IMG/VR virus record: IMGVR_UViG_3300008267_000119
Coordinates: 1-56,081 of that record
DNA length: 56,081 bases
DNA from: a virus
Lineage: Duplodnaviria; Caudoviricetes
Strand: one strand, 5' to 3'
Within the stretch, counting starts at the first letter, position 1. The number at the start of each line of letters is the position of its first letter. Position numbers and translations under genes: made by a program. The notes under the pieces were generated by a model that was given only the letters and a program-made list of their open reading frames with translations, was not told the DNA's origin and did no database searches. Of the stretch, positions 10,097 to 16,413 are shown piece by piece.

Positions 10097-10453
10097 TTAT
10101 TTTTTTACTATTTCTATTAGTTTCTTTAAGCATTCCTGTTCTGCTTCTTCGTAGGTTTCATATTGACCTAAACAAGAACCTGATATTCTTTTTCCAACAA
10201 TAATATCATACTTGCCTTTTTCATCTGCTAAAACAATTTGGTGTAGTTTATACTTCTCTCTAAACCATCTAAATGCTTGTTGATATAGTGGTGCTTTTAC
10301 CTCATCTACAGTACTGACATCATACCAATTGTCTAGTAAATATTTTCCATTTACTAAAACTACAGAAGTATCATAACTTTTAAGTGTTTTATTATCAAAT
10401 CCTAGTTCTTTTAAAGCTAATGCTTGTTCGTAAGGTACAAATTCTTTTTCCAT
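10097..10453 (-). CDS. hypothetical protein (start revised to MEKEFVPYEQALALKELGF)
   Basis: AAAGTTATG at 10453; the longer ORF would run through tRNA-Gln. Confidence 0.8.
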   Translation of the reverse strand: MEKEFVPYEQALALKELGFDNKTLKSYDTSVVLVNGKYLLDNWYDVSTVDEVKAPLYQQAFRWFREKYKLHQIVLADEKGKYDIIVGKRISGSCLGQYETYEEAEQECLKKLIEIVKK

Positions 10454-10474
10454 AACTTTTATTTTTAAAACTTG

Positions 10475-10545
10475 TTGGCTCACAAGGACTCGAACCTTGA
10501 AAGACTGCACCAAAAACAGTTGTGTTACCATTACACCATGAGCCA
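10475..10545 (-). tRNA. tRNA-Gln(TTG)
   Basis: Acceptor TGGCTCA/TGAGCCA, anticodon loop TT-TTG-GT, T arm GGTTCGAGTCC; CCA not encoded. Confidence 0.9.
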
Positions 10546-10587
10546 GTGTTCGTGCAGGCGACTAGTACTCCAGTCCTTCTGTCCAAT

Positions 10588-10617
10588 TGCCGCATTCGAC
10601 CGCTCTGCCATTTCTCC
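10588..10617 (-). pseudogene. 5' fragment of a tRNA-Ser-like gene
   Basis: GGAGAAATGGCAGAGCGGTCGAATGCGGCA is an acceptor 5' strand plus Ser-type D arm; no T arm or 3' acceptor strand follows. Confidence 0.6.
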
Positions 10618-10713
10618 ATTTTACCTCATGTGAGGTCACTTATCAATCGGTAGCTCCCTCTCGATATCCATTTGTGGGTGTAGCACATTTGGTAGAGGGT
10701 CGAACCTTCAATG

Positions 10714-10783
10714 AGGAAGTACACAGAATCGAACTGTGTCTTAGGGTTAAACAGTCCCTACGGTCGCCATAACCATTACTTCC
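10714..10783 (-). tRNA. atypical tRNA, possibly Asn(GTT)
   Basis: Acceptor GGAAGTA/TACTTCC; T arm CACAG-TTCGATT-CTGTG; anticodon arm TAGGGA-CTGTTTA-ACCCTA; short D loop and no U8. Confidence 0.6.
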
Positions 10784-10786
10784 TTC

Positions 10787-10846
10787 TCACCTAGCCTGAC
10801 CTTCCAGACAGTACGTGTCGTCGATCGTGCGTTACGTAGTAGGTGA
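10787..10846 (-). ncRNA. candidate 60-nt three-way-junction RNA
   Basis: P1 TCACCTA/TAGGTGA, P2 TACGT/ACGTA, P3 GTCTG/CAGGC; GC-rich; first element after a promoter. Confidence 0.45.
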
Positions 10847-10859
10847 TTTATTCTTTCTT

Positions 10860-10895
10860 ATACTTAAATATACGAACTTTATTTTTAATATCCAA
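10860..10895 (-). promoter_or_regulatory. promoter TTG-N20-TATATTTA-AGTAT, likely driving the RNA cluster 10475-10846
   Basis: TTGGATATTAAAAATAAAGTTCGTATATTTAAGTAT. Confidence 0.7.
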
Positions 10896-11034
10896 CCTTC
10901 TTCGATATTAATTTTATTAAATCTTCTAAAGTTTCTAGGGACTCTATTTCTAAATCTGTAATCCTAATATTGTAAAATTCTTCTATAAGAAGTATTAATT
11001 GTAATTTTCTTAAAGATTTTTCTTCATTGTCCAT
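10885..11034 (-). CDS. 49-aa acyl-carrier-protein-like mini-protein
   Basis: MDNEEKSLRKLQLILLIEEFYNIRITDLEIESLETLEDLIKLISKKVGY matches ACP helices II-IV by eye; ATATTTAT motif upstream at 11049-11056. Confidence 0.55.
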   Translation of the reverse strand: MDNEEKSLRKLQLILLIEEFYNIRITDLEIESLETLEDLIKLISKKVGY

Positions 11035-11101
11035 GTTGAGATTTAATTATAAATATATAAACCTCAAATTATATTTTTTAAGTTACCGTTCTTTTATTAA
11101 T

Positions 11102-11392
11102 TTATCCTTTTAATACTTGTTTTAAACCTTGTTCGTTTATAATCTTTGCTTCTAACTTATCTACTCTGGAATCGGTATGCTTAATATTATCCATGTGTAG
11201 ATTATTTGTTCTGTCAATTTCTTGATCAATTCTACGATTAACCATTTCTTCTCTCCTATCTGCAATAGCAAAAATATCGCTTATTACTAAATCTAATTGT
11301 TTAACTCTACTTGCTGTCTTAAACGCTACCACAACTCCCCATACAAGAAGAGCTGCACTTACACCTAAAACAAATGCTAAAATTTGTTCCAT
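11102..11392 (-). CDS. membrane-anchored coiled-coil protein (start revised to MEQILAFVLG)
   Basis: N-terminal TM segment; the longer ORF overlaps a tRNA. Confidence 0.75.
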   Translation of the reverse strand: MEQILAFVLGVSAALLVWGVVVAFKTASRVKQLDLVISDIFAIADRREEMVNRRIDQEIDRTNNLHMDNIKHTDSRVDKLEAKIINEQGLKQVLKG

Positions 11393-11437
11393 AGTTTTTT
11401 TATTTTTAAATTCAAAGAACGGTAATCTTAAAATTTG

Positions 11438-11511
11438 TGGTCCTGGAAGGGCTCGAACCTTCGACTTCATCGTTATGAGCGATGCACTCTAACCAACTGA
11501 GTTACAGGACC
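11438..11511 (-). tRNA. tRNA(CAT), probably Ile2 rather than Met
   Basis: Acceptor GGTCCTG/CAGGACC-A; anticodon arm CATCG-CTCATAA-CGATG; C4:G69 and C5:G68 are TilS determinants in E. coli. Confidence 0.9.
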
Positions 11512-11517
11512 TACTTG

Positions 11518-11645
11518 TAGTCAGGACAGGATTCGAACCTGCAATTGTGGATTTCCAAGTAAGGACTCGCATGGGCTTTTTCCATTCCACACCCACGATG
11601 ACGCTATCCTTATCTTTTTGCGTCTACCATTTCCGCCACCTGACT
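11518..11645 (-). ncRNA. tRNA-Leu-like scaffold with 78-nt insert (copy 1)
   Basis: AGTCAGGTGGCGGAAATGGTAGACGC...CAGGTTCGAATCCTGTCCTGACTA. Confidence 0.8.
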
Positions 11646-11780
11646 CCCCAAATTTGGGATAGATAAGGTTCTATCCGGACCAGGACCTTCTCCCTTGGGA
11701 GATGTCTGCTGCTTGTCTTTCCAAGCGGTCAACTACTTGCATGCTGTTCCTGCACGCCAATCCTCTTATAGCCGATTTTG

Positions 11781-11899
11781 TAGTCAGGACAGGATTCGAA
11801 CCTGTTCCAGTTTTACATGGGATAGCAAACTATCCCAATACCATATTCATTAAGGCATAGCACTAATGAAGTATGCGTTTTCCATTCTGCCACCTGACT
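11781..11899 (-). ncRNA. tRNA-Leu-like scaffold with 70-nt insert (copy 2)
   Basis: Same flanks with a slightly diverged D arm; insert contains hairpins TTCATTA/TAATGAA and TGGGATAG-TTTG-CTATCCCA. Confidence 0.8.
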
Positions 11900-12022
11900 A
11901 TTTTGCAACATTTAATCTGATAATCTTGCGAAGAGTTGTTTCTGTATTAATCCCATTATATTGTTGGTTGTGGGAGGGAAAGTTGCACATCTAAACCCGT
12001 CAGGAGCTACCAACACCCCTTG

Positions 12023-12119
12023 TTGTCAGGACAGGATTCGAACCTGTATTGGTTAGTATTAAGCGCCATTATTTCTAACCGACCTTAAGAGGTTGCGTCT
12101 ACCATTCCGCCACCTGACT
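12023..12119 (-). ncRNA. tRNA-Leu-like scaffold with 48-nt insert (copy 3)
   Basis: Same flanks; insert contains ACCT/AGGT and GGTTAG/CTAACC stems. Confidence 0.8.
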
Positions 12120-12287
12120 ATTTACTTGTCTTTCCAAGTTGTCAATCCGTTTTAATCTCTCGGTGGACCTCCCATCAACCTACCTACAGATTACAGTTGT
12201 AGATATTTTATCTATAATCCTCTGTCTTTCCAGTGTCCACAACTTATGTGTTAGCCTCACACATCAATCACTAGGTTGTCAGCTTTG

Positions 12288-12411
12288 TTGTCAGGACAGG
12301 ATTCGAACCTGTAATCATCCGCACTCCTGCGTTGATAAATTTTTTTATTAAAGTGAGGATCACTTAACCTCAGTGCAGTTTTTTAGCGTCTACCAATTCC
12401 GCCACCTGACT
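12288..12411 (-). ncRNA. tRNA-Leu-like scaffold with 74-nt insert (copy 4)
   Basis: Same flanks; insert contains CTGC/GCAG and TGAGG/CCTCA stems. Confidence 0.8.
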
Positions 12412-12414
12412 ATA

Positions 12415-13320
12415 TTTTCGCTAATGTAAAAAACTATTCAATCCTTCTAAAAATACATTAACTTGCTACTTACTCTATCATAGGCTCGCCTGTCCTGTTA
12501 TCATATTGATTTACCTGAAACTTCGGTGGGTTGTTGATTGACCACTCCCACTTACTCAAGTAGTTTTTATTAGCACCCTCTTTCTTATAGCCTACCGAGT
12601 TATCAGTTACGGGGCTTGTATAAGAGTAGGGTCACGTAGTTAATCAAGACATTATATATTATGCTACCACGTATTTCTTAGGTTCACTTATTAACTACTT
12701 GCTGAGAACTCATTTGTGTTATGTTGATAGGTTTTGTTACAACATTCCATATAAAAAATACTATATTCCTTTCTCAAGGGAACAACACATTATACATTAC
12801 TGCATATATCTTTGATAGTTATTTATAGCATGGGCCTCATGCGCTATCAGGTTCAATGTTTAGCCTTTTGCTCTTTATTCTCTTACCCCTTTATATTAGA
12901 GCTAACCTGCTTATCCTTATATACGAGTTTTTCAGGGGTACAGGTCATTTATAAAAACCAACACATCCATCAAGATTGGGATAGCGTATATACACGAGAA
13001 TCGTTTCATCTCTTTAGGAACATATACTCCCTACTATTTCGGCATAGTTGCCTGTGCTATCATACTCAACAAACATAACACTTCTTGATAGTGTTGCAAT
13101 ACATCTCATTTCTGTAACTCTCTTTTGCATGTTACCTGTGCGTTGAGTTTATTTCATCTCTTTATTAGCTAGTTCAGCACCTCTAGTATCCAGGCTGTTA
13201 GATTGATATTGCTTGTTTGTCTTTCTATGTGTTGGTTTATAAAACATTCCAGCCACATTGGGAGAGCCGCAGTTCCCACGTTGTTTAAAGAATTTCTTGG
13301 CGGACGTATCTACTGGGGAG
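12415..13320 (-). ncRNA. candidate large structured ncRNA (or several), about 900 nt
   Basis: No minus-strand ORF of 60 aa or more in a gene-dense genome; pseudoknot at 12702-12789; internally repeated hairpin motifs. Confidence 0.5.
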
Positions 13321-13324
13321 TGTT

Positions 13325-13486
13325 TTAGTTTACTTTTACAGAATCAACCTTTACTGAGTCAACTTGTACTGAATCCTTTTTTACTGTATCTAAGATTGGA
13401 TTACCTGTTTCTGTGCTGGTTTTCTCTTTATGACAGCTTACTAATAATGTTGTTGTTAATACTAATGCTAATACAATTTTTTTCAT
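13325..13486 (-). CDS. 53-aa lipoprotein with D(S/T)V repeats
   Basis: MKKIVLALVLTTTLLVS-CHKEKTSTETGNPILDTVKKDSVQVDSVKVDSVKVN. Confidence 0.75.
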   Translation of the reverse strand: MKKIVLALVLTTTLLVSCHKEKTSTETGNPILDTVKKDSVQVDSVKVDSVKVN

Positions 13487-13538
13487 TTTTGTTTGTTTTT
13501 AAATTTCTATTGTTATCTTACTAATTGGTACGGTAATT

Positions 13539-14444
13539 TTAGTATGTCCTTGTTTCAACCCATTTAATCCCGTTATCTGCTGGCTGATTGTGATTATTTA
13601 AGACCTTTGTTACTTCTGTCACTACATGTTCCCATGTTACTGGACCTGTTTCATCTGCATAAGGAGCTGGATCTTTTCTTCCTAACTTAAGAAATGCCTC
13701 TACTCTTTCAACTGATGAAGCTGACTTATAGTCTGAGAACCAGTGGTCAATGGTTGTGTTATCGCTTCCATCTACTATAGCAATGTGGATAGGTTTGTAG
13801 GATGTATTAGTTCTTGAATAAACTTCATCAAAACCTAATCCTAATTCTTCACACAGTACTTCTCCATCCTGTAAGATAGTAAATTTATCTCCCTCTAAAT
13901 AAGGTGTAAAGTATCCTACTCTTTCAGCATCCCAGTTACCCATTCTGAAAGCATGATCATCTGCATCTCTAAACTCTTGTCTACAATCTGGGTAAATTGC
14001 ATGATCACCTGCGTGAATACCTAAGGCAATATCACAAGTCTCACCTGTACGATTTGCAACTGATAGAGCTACTGCTTGAGTAATTGAAGCAAATATTTTA
14101 TTCCTGTTAGGAACAACTGTTGCTTTCATATTATCTTCTGCATAATGACCTTCAGGTACATCTTCTCCTCCGGTTACTAAAGCTGAATCTAATAAATCAA
14201 CTAATCCGTTTAATTGGATTTGACGGTAATTGACTGGGGCATACTCCCATTCTCTTCCTATGGTTAGTTGGGATGTATTAATGTAACCTATTAATGATTG
14301 AGCTCTTTCTAACTCTACTCTATGTTTTTGACCATAGTCAAATGAAATAGCTGTTACGCTATCATACTCTTTTATACACCTAAGTAGTAAAGTACTTGAA
14401 TCCATACCACCTGAAAGTGATACTACAACATGTTTTTTAGACAT
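13539..14444 (-). CDS. queC: 7-cyano-7-deazaguanine (preQ0) synthase QueC
   Basis: SGGMDS PP-loop, FDYGQKH, TVVPNRN and YPDCR motifs. Confidence 0.95.
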   Translation of the reverse strand: MSKKHVVVSLSGGMDSSTLLLRCIKEYDSVTAISFDYGQKHRVELERAQSLIGYINTSQLTIGREWEYAPVNYRQIQLNGLVDLLDSALVTGGEDVPEGHYAEDNMKATVVPNRNKIFASITQAVALSVANRTGETCDIALGIHAGDHAIYPDCRQEFRDADDHAFRMGNWDAERVGYFTPYLEGDKFTILQDGEVLCEELGLGFDEVYSRTNTSYKPIHIAIVDGSDNTTIDHWFSDYKSASSVERVEAFLKLGRKDPAPYADETGPVTWEHVVTEVTKVLNNHNQPADNGIKWVETRTY

Positions 14445-14463
14445 AATTTTAATTGTTTAATTT

Positions 14464-14496
14464 TTGCCAGGTGTTAGTAGGGTATAGGCAAACCCT
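14464..14496 (-). promoter_or_regulatory. compact H-type pseudoknot in the queC leader (riboswitch candidate)
   Basis: AGGGT-TTGCC-TAT-ACCCT-ACTAACACCT-GGCAA, ending 19 nt before the ATG. Confidence 0.5.
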
Positions 14497-14503
14497 TTTA
14501 TAA

Positions 14504-14740
14504 CTACTTTTTTTTTTCTCCCTCGTAAATTTTGTTTCCAAAATATTCATCTAGGAACTCTCTACGATAAAGTAAAACTTTACCTGTATACTTGGGATTA
14601 GAAACATTTTGTTCTTTAATAGTTTCTTTCAACTTAACTGCGGTTTCAGCCACATTTTTCCCTAATTCTGATCCTGCTGCTCTACCTAAATACTCATAAA
14701 GTGACATCATGTAAGGCAATTCTTTTACTTGTTTTTCCAT
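14504..14740 (-). CDS. hypothetical protein
   Basis: SLYEYLGRAAG...LYRREFLDEYF. Confidence 0.75.
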   Translation of the reverse strand: MEKQVKELPYMMSLYEYLGRAAGSELGKNVAETAVKLKETIKEQNVSNPKYTGKVLLYRREFLDEYFGNKIYEGEKKK

Positions 14741-14877
14741 AACTCGATTTTTGTTTTTATTACTAATTTAATATACGAAATGTATCCTGCTACTCCAACT
14801 AATACTGCTGAAATATTTAATATGTGTGGATGATTTTCTCCACATGTTCCACAAATATGGTTTATAACCTCACTCAT
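14725..14877 (-). CDS. 50-aa membrane peptide with HxCGxCGExHP motif
   Basis: MSEVINHICGTCGENHPHILNISAVLVGVAGYISYIK...; TAATG coupling to the upstream ORF. Confidence 0.55.
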   Translation of the reverse strand: MSEVINHICGTCGENHPHILNISAVLVGVAGYISYIKLVIKTKIELWKNK

Positions 14878-15017
14878 TACTTTTTTAATTTTTTTAACTC
14901 CCAAGGGTGATAAACTACTTTAAAGGTTTCAGTATCGTATTGAGCCATTCTTTGAAACCCATACCCAAATACTCTTAGTATGGGGTTTACAAACTGTACT
15001 AATTTATATTTTATCAT
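14877..15017 (-). CDS. hypothetical protein (46 aa)
   Basis: MIKYKLVQFVNPILRVFGYG...; ATGA overlap with the upstream gene. Confidence 0.5.
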   Translation of the reverse strand: MIKYKLVQFVNPILRVFGYGFQRMAQYDTETFKVVYHPWELKKLKK

Positions 15018-15799
15018 TTGTTACAAAATTCTTTAAATTTATTTACGTTAAATGTAATATCTTCTAATTGAGAAGACAAATCCTTTTCCATAAATTCTTC
15101 AATTTTATTTGATGGTTTTTCTAACAAACCAATATCAGTATACCTTTTACCTAAAGCTCCTGCTATAATTGGGTTAGAAGTATCTACTGAATTAACTAAA
15201 CCTGGTTGAGTATCTCTGTAGTATGTAAATTCTTGTGGAGTTGATGCTCCTAGCAAATGTATGTAATGGTGATCTTTAATTATGTTTTGAGATAGAAGGA
15301 ATTGAATTAGTAATACTCTACCAACAGATTGATTAGCTAAGTGATTTTCTGAACCACCTAACTCTTGGTAAACAATAGATGAGTGGTTAAAAGCAAAATG
15401 AGTGTAGCCCAAATCTACACACTGTTGATACAATGAATAGATTTCATTTACAGTTTTTCCTTGCAATACAACCATTAACTTAGTTTTGAATGGCATCTTG
15501 TATTGAGTCCAATGTTTTGCATTTTTAGCCGTAATATCGCGTTCATTCCACTCGTCAGGCACTATAAATATGTTGGGTTGAATTAGATCTATTTTTTCTA
15601 ATAAATCTTGAGTAGTATGGGTTACCCCCTCGAATAATCCATTATCCATAATAATAAATCTCCCCCTTTCACTAGAATCTAGGAAAAATTGTCTATAATC
15701 AGGGAATTTGTCTAATAAATGGGGCAAACAGTATTCGTAATCATTCCAGTCTAAACTATGTTCAAATAGACTTAGAGGCAATTCATGTGAAATCTTCAT
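15014..15799 (-). CDS. TGT-fold transglycosylase-like protein (DpdA family candidate)
   Basis: IMDNG, IVPD, VLQG, HLLG and SVDTS motifs parallel TGT/DpdA; lies near queC. Confidence 0.7.
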   Translation of the reverse strand: MKISHELPLSLFEHSLDWNDYEYCLPHLLDKFPDYRQFFLDSSERGRFIIMDNGLFEGVTHTTQDLLEKIDLIQPNIFIVPDEWNERDITAKNAKHWTQYKMPFKTKLMVVLQGKTVNEIYSLYQQCVDLGYTHFAFNHSSIVYQELGGSENHLANQSVGRVLLIQFLLSQNIIKDHHYIHLLGASTPQEFTYYRDTQPGLVNSVDTSNPIIAGALGKRYTDIGLLEKPSNKIEEFMEKDLSSQLEDITFNVNKFKEFCNK

Positions 15800-15819
15800 A
15801 ACTATGTGTTTAAATTTTA

Positions 15820-15856
15820 ATACTTAAATGTATGAAGGCTCCCTATGGGAGCCAAA
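15820..15856 (-). promoter_or_regulatory. promoter TTTG-N20-TACATTTA containing hairpin GGCTCCC-ATA-GGGAGCC
   Basis: The same core sequence recurs at about 28555-28582. Confidence 0.65.
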
Positions 15857-15862
15857 TTTATT

Positions 15863-16258
15863 TTAAAAAATATATAGTACTAATGCTATTCCTAGAAATG
15901 CTCCTACTTTATAAAAGAAGGTTTTGCGTTTCTCAACCTTTAATTGTTCAGTTAGGTCATATGTCATATGTTCATACTGTCCAATTTGTAATTCATGCTG
16001 ATGTATAATGTACTTATTGTTAGCATCTTTATCATTTAGCAATTTTATTACAGTATCTTTTTGTATATCTCTTTGCTCTAGTTTAACAACTTTCTCTTGT
16101 GTGAGTTTAAGTTCTTGCTTGCAACCATCATACCTAATTAAATCCTGTGCTATTAGACGTGCAGTCTTAGTTGGGAGTGTAACTTTTGTTGTATCTGATT
16201 GAGAAAAACTGCTCAAGTTCAGCATTAGAAAACCTACCAGCATGGTTAGCTTTTTCAT
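15863..16258 (-). CDS. spanin-like envelope coiled-coil protein
   Basis: Signal peptide, coiled coil and C-terminal TM; lies in the lysis cassette. Confidence 0.55.
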   Translation of the reverse strand: MKKLTMLVGFLMLNLSSFSQSDTTKVTLPTKTARLIAQDLIRYDGCKQELKLTQEKVVKLEQRDIQKDTVIKLLNDKDANNKYIIHQHELQIGQYEHMTYDLTEQLKVEKRKTFFYKVGAFLGIALVLYIF

Positions 16259-16413
16259 TTGTTTGATTGTGCTGAATCTACTTTAGTCTGTAACGAATCT
16301 ATTGTAACTTTGTAACTATTGATATCAGTTGCAATGCTGCTGGTACTAAAAATATTGTAGCCTACTAATATAATCAATACAGCTAACAATATATTTTGTT
16401 TATTTTGTAACAT
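16167..16413 (-). pseudogene. spanin-like TM/coiled-coil gene, apparently frameshifted near 16265
   Basis: MLQNKQNILLAVLIILVGY...DSAQ stops at 16255; another frame continues NQTNEKANHAGRFSNAELEQFFSIRYNKSYTPN inside the next gene. Confidence 0.45.

Noticed and set aside
10676-10710. Plus-strand tRNA-like start GGGTGTAGCACATTTGGTAGAG
   Set aside because: No anticodon arm, T arm or 3' acceptor strand follows, and it is opposite to the transcription direction.
10395-11470. ORF 10395-10619 and the N-terminal extensions of ORFs 10097-10531 and 11102-11470
   Set aside because: They run through tRNA genes; better internal ATG starts exist at 10453 and 11392.
12023-12119. Copy 3 as a normal tRNA-Leu(TAA)
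   Set aside because: CTTAAGG is present but no proper 5-bp stem encloses it as a 7-nt loop, and pair 1:72 is an A-A mismatch.
12250-12287. HDV-like (theta) ribozyme 3' of tRNA-like copy 4
   Set aside because: GGCTAACACAT resembles a J4/2-P2 segment, but its partner ATGTG is adjacent and forms a simple hairpin, not a nested double pseudoknot.
11518-12411. CRISPR array interpretation of the repeats
   Set aside because: Two alternating repeat types form tRNA arms, intervening lengths vary from 48 to about 170 nt, and no cas genes are present in the window.
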